From an uncultured Coriobacteriales bacterium (GTDB taxonomy: Bacteria; Actinomycetota; Coriobacteriia; Coriobacteriales; UMGS124), in the NCBI GenBank assembly GCA_902464015.1, contig CABQHM010000002.1, forward strand, positions 1,147 to 65,146: 64,000 bases of DNA, given 5' to 3'. The notes under the pieces were generated by a model. That model was given only the letters and a program-made list of their open reading frames with translations. It searched no databases and was not told where the DNA came from. Numbering within the stretch: the stretch's first letter is position 1; every line of letters starts with the position of its first letter. This document shows positions 56,207 to 64,000 of the stretch, piece by piece. The translations under genes were made by a program, and so were the position numbers.

Positions 56207-57715
56207 TTAAACTCCGTGATACAGAAGCGCCAAGGCCTCGTCGCGGGAGTGGACATCAAGCTTCTTATATATATGACTGACGTGGGTCTTGGCGGTGCCA
56301 TAGGAGATGCCGGTGCGCTCAGCTATGTCAGGCACGGACATGCCCTGCACCATCAACTCAAGAACCTCCTGTTCGCGCAACGTCAGACCATAGCGACGGG
56401 CAACCTGAGCACATTGCCACACGATTCGCTCTGAGTACGACATGGTGAGATTAGAAAACACCTTCCCACCGACAGCGCCGCTCGTTTCCGCAGCCTCGTC
56501 CCCCACGGGCGCAAGGCCAAACGAACGGGACGCGACTTCGTCGTTGAAAAAGACCGTAGAGACCACGACAACCGCCACCACCATGGCGCACACGGCGAGG
56601 TTTGCCTCGCTGCTGCCGACCGGAAACACCGCCGTGAACTCCTGGCCTACCCGCATGCCCACTAGCGCGGCAATCTCACTGGCCAGCTGCACGATACCGA
56701 ATATCCAAGCAGGACTCACGGCATAGCGGGCGCACAGCGTTGCAAGCGCAATGTACATGAAGAGCGTGAACGCGACATTGCCAGAATTCGCAAACAGCAC
56801 CGCGACCGTGCGCCCCTCCCCCAGAAATGCCAGGCATACAAGTCCGGCTATCATGAGCGGCAAGGCCATCCTGTACAGGAAACTCGCATTGTACTGAGAA
56901 GGCAGACTCAAGGCGACGGCAACAGCAATCAGCGACACCAGGAGCATGCCGAGCATCCCGTAGGGATTGGGTCCCTCAGAAAGGGACAGAGAGAAATTGA
57001 ACGCGAACGCGTAAGCGCACATGAGAAGAACCGGTCGGACGGGAAAGGTCCATTTCGAGCATTCGCGTCCGTCGCCCGGACAGCAAACGGAATCTTCGTC
57101 CGCACATCCCTCTCTACCGCCAAGGCAGACGGTCACCACCCAGATGTTTAAACCGGCACAGGCAAGGGGAAGCACAGGCGCCACCGCTGCAACCCCCACG
57201 GAGGGAAGCGCCCTCAGCACAAAATGAAGCACGGCAGCAAGGGCAAAACCAGCAGGAAACACCAGGCAAACCCAACGAGCTGCGCACATGCTTGCCATGC
57301 ACAAAGTCATCAAAAGCAGCGCCGTTAGGCCACCTTCGTACACTACATGGCCCATACCAGCCAGGACGGCAGGCATCCCCAGAACGTCAGCAAAGCAGGA
57401 AAGCCCCCGTCCGAGTCCGGAGGCAACGCCGATGAAGACGAGGAGGAGCACGTATTTCTTCAGTCGGCACTTGTCGTCGCAATTAAACAACGCGTCAACC
57501 CGTTTATGACCGGCGATAAAGGCGACGCACACCACAGCGGTCATGCCATCTGCAACCCAACGCGCCCACGATATACGCTGCGCGGCCGAGACGCCCTCCA
57601 CGAGCTCGCCCAACCAGCTGCTCGCAGTAAGCAAAGCGACGCAGACGGCAAAAACAGCCGCCGGCGCTATGGCAACCGAGCCTGCCGACGGCTGCTTGCA
57701 CCCAATCTGCACCAT
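56207..57715 (-). CDS. membrane-embedded LuxR-family transcriptional regulator
   Basis: Multi-TM N-terminus. HTH LTLREQEVLELMVQGMSVPDIAERTGISYGTAKTHVSHIYKKL. Divergent from the reductase at 57922. Confidence 0.85.
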   Translation of the reverse strand: MVQIGCKQPSAGSVAIAPAAVFAVCVALLTASSWLGELVEGVSAAQRISWARWVADGMTAVVCVAFIAGHKRVDALFNCDDKCRLKKYVLLLVFIGVASGLGRGLSCFADVLGMPAVLAGMGHVVYEGGLTALLLMTLCMASMCAARWVCLVFPAGFALAAVLHFVLRALPSVGVAAVAPVLPLACAGLNIWVVTVCLGGREGCADEDSVCCPGDGRECSKWTFPVRPVLLMCAYAFAFNFSLSLSEGPNPYGMLGMLLVSLIAVAVALSLPSQYNASFLYRMALPLMIAGLVCLAFLGEGRTVAVLFANSGNVAFTLFMYIALATLCARYAVSPAWIFGIVQLASEIAALVGMRVGQEFTAVFPVGSSEANLAVCAMVVAVVVVSTVFFNDEVASRSFGLAPVGDEAAETSGAVGGKVFSNLTMSYSERIVWQCAQVARRYGLTLREQEVLELMVQGMSVPDIAERTGISYGTAKTHVSHIYKKLDVHSRDEALALLYHGV

Positions 57716-57921
57716 GGCTCGCCCTTTCTACATGCGGTCGATACGGTCAACGTTTTACCTGCTCACAATGGCAGGTAGAGAAATATACACCTGTCGCCAG
57801 AGCCTAAATACACCGCTCGGAAGATTGGCTTGGCACGCAATAGGGCCAAATATAACAGCTGTCGCACGGCATGCGCCGATGTGGTGTCCAAATTCTCCAG
57901 ATATGAATCGAGGTAAATCCC

Positions 57922-59673
57922 ATGCTTTCCGGTACGTGTTCACGTCGGTCCTTTCTCGGCCTGAGCGCCACCCTCGCAGGCACTTCGCTTCTCCCCGGCC
58001 TCGCTTTTGCCGAAGCTGGAACGGACCTGTTCGCCAAGCCCGGCACCTACAGCGCCACAGCACCGGGCCGCAACGGCGACGTCACCCTAACTGCGACCTT
58101 CTCCGCCCAGGCAATTGATTCCATCGATGTTGACAGCTCCGAAACACCCACTGTGGGCGTCGCCGCCATGGACGCTCTCACCCAGGAGGTTATCGACGGG
58201 CAAACACTGGCAGTTGAGAGCGTGAGCGGGGCGACCCTTTCATGCGACGCCTTCCTCACTGCGCTCAAGGACTGCGTGGCGCAGGCCGGCGGAGACTTCG
58301 ACAAACTCTCCAACAACGTAAACAAGACAGCAGTTGAATATAAGACGCAGGCAGACGTCATCATCGTGGGAGCAGGCGGCGCAGGCCTCATGGCAGCCGC
58401 AACCGCCGCCAGCGACGGAGCAAGCGTCATTGTCATCGAGAAGTCCGGCGTAGTGGGCGGCAACACCCTGTGCGCCTCCAACGGCATCAACGCCTTCGAC
58501 TCCGACGTGCAGCTCGCCGACCCCACCTACCAGGCAGCCGATACCTCGTTCGAAGGGTTCGAGGCACTTCAGACCAACGAACGAAGCCGCAAGAATCTCG
58601 TCGACACCTTCATCTCAAACTCAGCTGAGGCAATCAACTACCTAAGCGAATTGGGCGTGGAGTTCACCGTAGAAATCTCCAATGACGACCGCAACTCCTC
58701 GCAGAACTACTATCTGCTCAAGAGCGAGGTCGACGGAGCCACCACGATGACGACCGTCGTAGCCGCCCTCGACAAGGCCGTGAAGGATGCCGACATCCCC
58801 GTGTACACGGGCGTCGCAGCAAGCGAGTTGATACAGGATGCCGACGGCCGTGTCTGCGGCGTGAATGCCACGGGCCCGGACGGCCAGGAGCTGGCCTTCA
58901 CCGCAAACGCCGTGGTGCTCACCACAGGTGGCTTCGGCAAAAACAAGGACCTCATTGCTGAGGTGGCACCGGCATACGCCAACTGCATCACCGACGAAAT
59001 GGCCCCGACCACAGGCGACGGCCTCCTCATGGCAGAGAAGCTCGGTGCCAAGGCCGTTGACCTTGATCAGATCCAAACCTTCCCGTCGGTCATCGAAGGC
59101 TACGGCATGTCGTTTCCGGCCGGTGGTTTTATGGTTGACGGAACCATCTACGTCAACAACTCCGGCGAACGCTTCTGCACCGAGAAGTTCGAAGTCGCAC
59201 CCGAGATTCTCACTCAGGACAAGGGTGAGGTGTACGCCATCTTCGACGCCGACAACTATGATGATCGCATGCAGGGACTGGCCGGCCGGGGGTATGTGAA
59301 GGAGGCTTCCACCGCCGAGGAACTCGGTGATGAGCTGGGCTTCGATGGCAAAAACCTCGCAGACACCATCGAACAATGGAACGAGGACGCTGCCACTGGC
59401 ACCGACTCGCTCTTCGGTCGCGAGAACACCACCACCCTCGACACGCCGCTCTACGGCTATAAGTTCGGCGTGGGCGCCCACTATTTCATGGGCGGCATCC
59501 TCATCGACGAGGCCACCCGCGTGCTCGACGAGAACGAGCAGCCCATCGAGGGCCTCTATGCGGCCGGCGAGGTAACGGGCGGCTTCCACGGCACCCAGCG
59601 CGTCGACGGCAGCGGCACCGGCGACTCCATCGTCTTCGGCATGATTGCCGGCCACACCGTGGCAGCACAGTAA
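57922..59673 (+). CDS. TAT-exported FMN_bind plus FAD flavoprotein reductase (urocanate/fumarate reductase-like)
   Basis: Signal SRRSFLGLSATLAG. FMN_bind domain with flavinylation-type motif VSGATLS (58225-58236). FAD motif DVIIVGAGGAGLMAAATAA. C-terminal HYFMGG and GLYAAGEVTGG. Confidence 0.85.
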   Translation: MLSGTCSRRSFLGLSATLAGTSLLPGLAFAEAGTDLFAKPGTYSATAPGRNGDVTLTATFSAQAIDSIDVDSSETPTVGVAAMDALTQEVIDGQTLAVESVSGATLSCDAFLTALKDCVAQAGGDFDKLSNNVNKTAVEYKTQADVIIVGAGGAGLMAAATAASDGASVIVIEKSGVVGGNTLCASNGINAFDSDVQLADPTYQAADTSFEGFEALQTNERSRKNLVDTFISNSAEAINYLSELGVEFTVEISNDDRNSSQNYYLLKSEVDGATTMTTVVAALDKAVKDADIPVYTGVAASELIQDADGRVCGVNATGPDGQELAFTANAVVLTTGGFGKNKDLIAEVAPAYANCITDEMAPTTGDGLLMAEKLGAKAVDLDQIQTFPSVIEGYGMSFPAGGFMVDGTIYVNNSGERFCTEKFEVAPEILTQDKGEVYAIFDADNYDDRMQGLAGRGYVKEASTAEELGDELGFDGKNLADTIEQWNEDAATGTDSLFGRENTTTLDTPLYGYKFGVGAHYFMGGILIDEATRVLDENEQPIEGLYAAGEVTGGFHGTQRVDGSGTGDSIVFGMIAGHTVAAQ

Positions 59674-59731
59674 AGCACGAATCCCATCTCGCTACGCGAT
59701 GAGAGAATACTCATACAAAGGAGAACCAGCT

Positions 59732-60406
59732 ATGACCACCGATCGGACCATTTCCCGCCGCACCCTCGTTTCCGGCAGCCTTGCCGCAGGCCTCGCCGCC
59801 TGCACCATGGGCATGGCCCGCACGGCGTTCGCAGACGACACGAAGGCCGAGGTCACCGACGTCGTGCCCGAGCTTGCCGAGCGCACCACCCTGCACGGCC
59901 TGGAGGGCAGCATGTACGACCCCGACCGCGACATCACCGACGAGGAGGTCCTGCTCCTGCTCCAGGCCGCCCTCACCGCTCCGTCGGCCGTGGGCGCCAA
60001 GTCGCTCGAGCTCGTAGTCATCCGCGACCGCAAGACCATGCAGAAGATTCACGAGTTCTCGCCCAATGCCAACGAGCTGGAGGGCTGCCCCGTGTGCATC
60101 GCCCTCGTAGAGCATGACACTGAGGACGCCCATCCTCGCTTCTACCAGTATGACGCCGGCCTGGCCGCCATGGCCCTGCTCGTGCAGGCAAGCGCCATGG
60201 GCATCTCGAGCTGCGTGTGCGAGGCTCGCGCCCAGGACAAGGACACCCAGCAGGACTACGACTACTCGTTCTTCTGCGGTGACATGGAGACCCATCATCC
60301 CCAGCTCTTCATCACCCTGGGCTACCCTGCCGTCGACTCCGAGACGAGCGCCTCGGTGGACAATTACGCCGAATCCCGCGTCCACTTCGAGAAGATCGAC
60401 GCATAA
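59732..60406 (+). CDS. nitroreductase-family protein with TAT/lipoprotein-type signal
   Basis: ISRRTLVSGSLAAGLAAC signal (twin Arg, LAAC lipobox-like). Nitroreductase-like core (ITDEEVLLLLQAALTAPSAVGAKSLELVVIRD). RBS AAAGGAGAA. Confidence 0.7.
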   Translation: MTTDRTISRRTLVSGSLAAGLAACTMGMARTAFADDTKAEVTDVVPELAERTTLHGLEGSMYDPDRDITDEEVLLLLQAALTAPSAVGAKSLELVVIRDRKTMQKIHEFSPNANELEGCPVCIALVEHDTEDAHPRFYQYDAGLAAMALLVQASAMGISSCVCEARAQDKDTQQDYDYSFFCGDMETHHPQLFITLGYPAVDSETSASVDNYAESRVHFEKIDA

Positions 60407-60482
60407 GCGAGCTTCAACCGAGCACTAAAAGATGGCCCCGGCCGCGCCTCCCAATCGGGCAAGCGCGGCCGGGGCTATTAGC

Positions 60483-60791
60483 TCAACGCAGACGTCCTCT
60501 GAACAGCTCTTCGTGAATCCCCATGCGCACAAAACGGATTACCATGCGGCCCTTGTGCATGACACAAAGAACAACTACGTCAACCAGGCCGTCCGACAAA
60601 TGGAAATCCATGTGCCCGTTGTAGTTGCCACCCGGGCTGTCAAGCTCATGCAGAAAATACCCCTCAGGCAGGGTGCCTGTTTCCGAAAGGACCTCGACAG
60701 CTACGGCAAGCTCATCCCTAATCTGGGGATGCTGTCGCACAACCGCTCGCACATCTCGAATAAAACCTTGCTCGAACTGAATCTCCCACAT
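60483..60791 (-). CDS. yafQ: type II toxin, YafQ/RelE-family mRNA interferase
   Basis: YFLHELDS..GNYNGHMDFHL...VIRFVRMGIHEELF aligns by eye with the YafQ pattern HPL.G.W.G.R..H....W.LIY......L.F.RTGTH..LF. Confidence 0.75.
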   Translation of the reverse strand: MWEIQFEQGFIRDVRAVVRQHPQIRDELAVAVEVLSETGTLPEGYFLHELDSPGGNYNGHMDFHLSDGLVDVVVLCVMHKGRMVIRFVRMGIHEELFRGRLR

Positions 60792-60793
60792 GA

Positions 60794-61087
60794 CTAAAGA
60801 CCCCGAATGAACGCTGCAGCCTCGCAGCCATCGGCAAACGAGATGGCATCGTCGGGCACAATTCCGAGCATCTTGGCCTCCGCCTCCACGAGGGCGCGGC
60901 GTGTCTCCTCGTTCGGAATGTCGCGCACAGTAGGTGCAATCACCTCAAATGGCAGCCTTCCTTGAATAAGAAGTTGGCGCGCCGCCATGTTGACAAACCC
61001 GCCGAATGTCATTCCTATACCCTCAAGCATGGAACAGACGCTTGCCTTGATATCCTCATCCATCTTGACGCTCATAGTCGTTGTCAT
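60794..61087 (-). CDS. dinJ: type II antitoxin, DinJ/RelB family
   Basis: MSVKMDEDIKASVCSMLEGIGMTFGGFVNMAARQLLIQGRLPFE is the DinJ/RelB ribbon-helix-helix pattern. Its stop lies 2 nt before the toxin start. Confidence 0.75.
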   Translation of the reverse strand: MTTTMSVKMDEDIKASVCSMLEGIGMTFGGFVNMAARQLLIQGRLPFEVIAPTVRDIPNEETRRALVEAEAKMLGIVPDDAISFADGCEAAAFIRGL

Positions 61088-61228
61088 GGTAAATCACCCC
61101 AATAGAATGAACTCGGTATATACTCAGTATGTAGTATAGCCGTTTTCCCATGGGATAACTCGCCAATCGACAGCCCGGCCGCGTCGACACGACCAAGGAC
61201 GTCTCAGCCGCACACGCCGCCATAGCCC

Positions 61229-61470
61229 CGCCTCGCCGGAAAAACCACGCACGTTTGCGTTTTAATTCGACCGGGGCAGGTAGCCCGAATTGTCGCGCGT
61301 CATCTACCAGGCAGAACGCTATGCGACATTGGGACTGCACCCACACGCCGAAGATTAAAACGCAAACGTGCGATCATTTTTGGCGCCGAAGCGGCAGCGA
61401 GGCTAACCTGTCACCCGCTCGCAGGCCGTCTCGAGCTCGACGTCATGCGAAAGCTGGGCGGGAGTCCAGG
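61229..61470 (+). repeat. direct repeat copy B containing the second 125-bp palindromic-ended element (61248-61372), overlapping the real 3' end of the S41-like gene
   Basis: See copy A. The first ~75 bp of the element are near-identical (1 mismatch seen), the central ~35 bp have diverged, and the TIRs are identical. Confidence 0.85.
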
Positions 61471-62902
61471 GAATGTGCACGTCAGGAGCGATTCCGCGAC
61501 CGAGTGTGGCATCACCTTCGAGGGCTTCCAGATATGTCGCCGTAGGCAAGATGAGCGTGAGATCGTCGTCGAGACGAACGGCCCTGGGGCACGTGTTGTC
61601 AAGCGAGCCGATGGTGGCTCGCCCCATAACAGCGGCGTAACCTGCTGTTTTGGCGGCGCGGACAAGCCATTCGGCAGCCTCGCCGGTGCAGCGGTCGGCG
61701 AGCACCGCGACGCGCGCAGGGGTGGCAGGGTCGCCCGGGCTCCTACTGAACTGCACGTCTGGGTAGAACGCCTCGGCGCTTTCCATCTCGCGGACGCCCT
61801 TTTGCCCGCGCTTGTCCCGAAGGTCGGCGGCGAGGTCGTCGAGCTCCGCCAAGTCCTCGGGGGCAGACGTGCCCTCTTGAGCCTGCGCCCGCAGCACCTC
61901 AAGCTCCTTGAGCTTGTCGTCGACGTTGTGGCGCGAGTAGTTCATCGCAATGCCCGGCTTGCCAAAAAGCTGCTCGGGACTCGCCGTTGCACCCGATGCC
62001 AGCACAAACGGCACAAGCGGGAAGATATCTTCCTGCGTGCCCCCTCGGCAACCACGCACGTCGATGACCAGGTGCTTTGCCGCACACACCTCGGCCAGCA
62101 AGCCATTGAGGGCCTTGGCGAACGCAGGATCGCTGGGATTGCGCAGGGTAAGGACGACCACGTTGCCGACTTGGCTCAGCTCGCAGCAGGGCTGACCCGT
62201 GCCACTCGAGGCCACGCCATCCGCAGCCTCAGCCAGCCCCGCACCACCTGCGTCTTCGCCATCCGCCGCCACACCACCTGCGCCGTCCGCCGCCGCGGGC
62301 CCCGCGTCGCCTTCGCCCCTCGCGCAACGCACGGGCTTGGCCCACTCGGCATCGCCGGCGCTGACGTCCACCTTCACCGTGCGTTCGATGCCGTCGACGC
62401 CCCTCACCTGCAGGTTCTTGGCAAACGCAAGCACAATTGACCAGTCCTCGCGCTCGGGGTCGGCGGGCTCAACCGTCGTCCACAGCGTGCGCTCCACCTC
62501 GGGCCGCACCTCGGCCAGGGACTTCCCGTTCACGCCCACAATTTGCTCGCCGACGCGCACCGCAGCAGAAGGCGCCGCCCAAATCACATAGAGCGCATCG
62601 CCATATCGCTGGGTGCCAAAATCGCTGGTCACGTGCCATGCAGCTCCCGGTCCCACCACAAGCTGCAAACCCGGGTCCTGATACCAGGTCAAATAATGCA
62701 AAATCATCTGCGTCAGCATGCGATCGCAAAACGCGCGGTTTTGGAACATGTTGGAATTAAGCGTATAGAGCTGACCGGCAAAATCGGCGTAGCCTGACGC
62801 CTCAAAGCGCTCGCAGCGCGCATAGTCCATCTGCATCGCCTTGAGCAGTCGGTCGAAAACGCCCAGGAAGCTGCGCTGTCCGTGCTGCACCGTCTCACCC
62901 AT
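61403..62902 (-). CDS. S41 (C-terminal processing/tail-specific) peptidase-like protein; catalytic dyad not evident
   Basis: HLVIDVRGCRGGTQEDIF and VAVLADRCTGEAAEWL...GRATIGSLDN fit the S41 core layout. The Ser and Lys positions appear to be E and S. ATG 62902 follows GGAAGAAAGG. Confidence 0.6.
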   Translation of the reverse strand: MGETVQHGQRSFLGVFDRLLKAMQMDYARCERFEASGYADFAGQLYTLNSNMFQNRAFCDRMLTQMILHYLTWYQDPGLQLVVGPGAAWHVTSDFGTQRYGDALYVIWAAPSAAVRVGEQIVGVNGKSLAEVRPEVERTLWTTVEPADPEREDWSIVLAFAKNLQVRGVDGIERTVKVDVSAGDAEWAKPVRCARGEGDAGPAAADGAGGVAADGEDAGGAGLAEAADGVASSGTGQPCCELSQVGNVVVLTLRNPSDPAFAKALNGLLAEVCAAKHLVIDVRGCRGGTQEDIFPLVPFVLASGATASPEQLFGKPGIAMNYSRHNVDDKLKELEVLRAQAQEGTSAPEDLAELDDLAADLRDKRGQKGVREMESAEAFYPDVQFSRSPGDPATPARVAVLADRCTGEAAEWLVRAAKTAGYAAVMGRATIGSLDNTCPRAVRLDDDLTLILPTATYLEALEGDATLGRGIAPDVHIPWTPAQLSHDVELETACERVTG

Positions 62903-63152
62903 CGCCGTTGCCTTTCTTCCAAGCCGTCCATGCATCCAAATACTGTCGCGCAAAACGGGCGTGCGGGCCCAAGTCGCCTCGTCCCGCACGCCCGTCCATA
63001 TCAAAACGCAGCGTAACCCAACCGCCTGCGCAACACGGCCACTCGCAGGTCAAACATGCGCAGACAGTGCGCGCTATATGCGCGCGAGCCTTCCCGAAGC
63101 GCGCCAATCCCGCGACCCCTTTCAGGCCGCAGCGCGCCCCCAGCAGCCTACC

Positions 63153-64000
63153 TTACTTGCCCTGAGCGGCGTTGATGCCGGCCAGACGGCCGAAGGTCAT
63201 TGCCATGCCGTGAGAGACGCCCATGATGGTGGTGGGGTAGTCCTCGGCAAAACGACAACCCTGCGTGTTGCCGCAGACGTACAGGCCGGGCACGACCTGC
63301 CAGTCCTTGTTGAGGGCATGGCAGTCAGCGTCGGAGCGGATGCCGTGCGTCATGCAGAAGGCGAAGATGTTGCTGATCTCGCTGGCATAGAACGGCGGCT
63401 CGACGATGGGATACAGACGGTCGGCACGCTTGCCGAAGTCGTCATCGCGGCCCAGGCGGGCAAGCTCGTTGTAACGGGCGATGGTCTTGCTGAGCTCGTC
63501 GGCAGGCACGCCGATGGCCTCGGCGAGCTCCTCGATGGTGTCGGCCTTGGCCGTGGCGGCTTCCTCAACCTCGGCCGTGGAGCGCTGACCAATCTTCTCG
63601 ATGTAGTTGCCCCAGGGCTCGCTCTCCAGGTCGTCGTTGATGTTCCAGTAGCAGGCGTGGCCGTTGGGCATGGTGTGCACCTGCTCGGGATACTTGGAGT
63701 CGAAAATCTGGAAGGTCTTCTGCTCGGGCTGACGGATGGTCACCTGAGAGAGCAGGTGACCGGGCACGTCCTCGTTGCAGAAACGGTCGCCGTTCTTGTT
63801 TACCAGCAGGAACGGATCGCAGCCAAGGGCGCCACCGAAGGAGTGCGTCATGACGGCAGCGGCGGAGAACTCAGGGGCGGCGCCGGCCCAGGCGGCCATC
63901 TTGAGGCCCATGCCCATGTTGGTGGGGTTGCCCTCGTAGTCGGTGGAGGTCCAGCCAAACATCATCTCGAAAGACTCATGGCTGTAGTAGGAGCGCATCT
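63153..64000 (-). CDS. FAD-dependent oxidoreductase (fumarate-reductase-like), 5' end outside window
   Basis: C-terminal 281 aa are colinear with the 16507-18249 product (KMAAWAGA..., GLYVCGNTQG...). The ORF is open to the window edge. Confidence 0.8.
   Translation of the reverse strand, partial: MRSYYSHESFEMMFGWTSTDYEGNPTNMGMGLKMAAWAGAAPEFSAAAVMTHSFGGALGCDPFLLVNKNGDRFCNEDVPGHLLSQVTIRQPEQKTFQIFDSKYPEQVHTMPNGHACYWNINDDLESEPWGNYIEKIGQRSTAEVEEAATAKADTIEELAEAIGVPADELSKTIARYNELARLGRDDDFGKRADRLYPIVEPPFYASEISNIFAFCMTHGIRSDADCHALNKDWQVVPGLYVCGNTQGCRFAEDYPTTIMGVSHGMAMTFGRLAGINAAQGK

Overview
High-GC actinobacterial chromosome segment. It carries many TAT-exported flavin and molybdopterin reductases paired with polytopic-membrane LuxR-type regulators. 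That pattern is characteristic of Coriobacteriia/Eggerthellaceae (Eggerthella/Gordonibacter-like); this taxonomic call is inference only. About 48 protein genes are supportable. They include purine salvage and uptake genes (guanine deaminase fragment, two NCS2 permeases) and six putative respiratory reductases. Five reductases are flavoenzymes, one with a C-terminal di-haem c tail and one with an FMN_bind domain. The sixth is a ~1030-aa bis-MGD molybdoenzyme with 4Fe-4S and TorD-like partners. Other genes: four membrane LuxR regulators; an SBP/hybrid histidine kinase/Hpt phosphorelay whose kinase is split by one in-frame TAG; a sortase-anchored repeat adhesin without a signal peptide; two MetY paralogues; an Fe/haem/B12-type ABC importer behind a radical-SAM/SPASM gene; a YafQ/DinJ toxin-antitoxin pair; and one complete IS30-family element. 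I found no rRNA, tRNA or CRISPR array. The non-coding DNA is unusually structured in three ways. (i) Six copies of a ~95-bp MITE-like element occur; one is split by the IS30 with a 3-bp target duplication, and two inverted copies bracket a single DUF559-like gene. (ii) A second 125-bp palindromic-ended element lies inside ~230-bp direct repeats that bracket a 5-kb LuxR-reductase-nitroreductase-TA cassette. (iii) Decaying tandem copies of gene 3' ends, including the stop codon, lie downstream of at least four genes. The best candidates for uncharacterised biology are the repeat systems, the anchor-less molybdoenzyme operon with its divergent sensor, and a central two-gene operon (membrane-anchored GIY-YIG-like protein plus an MBL-fold protein with substituted metal ligands). 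All functional calls come from motif reading by eye, with no database search.
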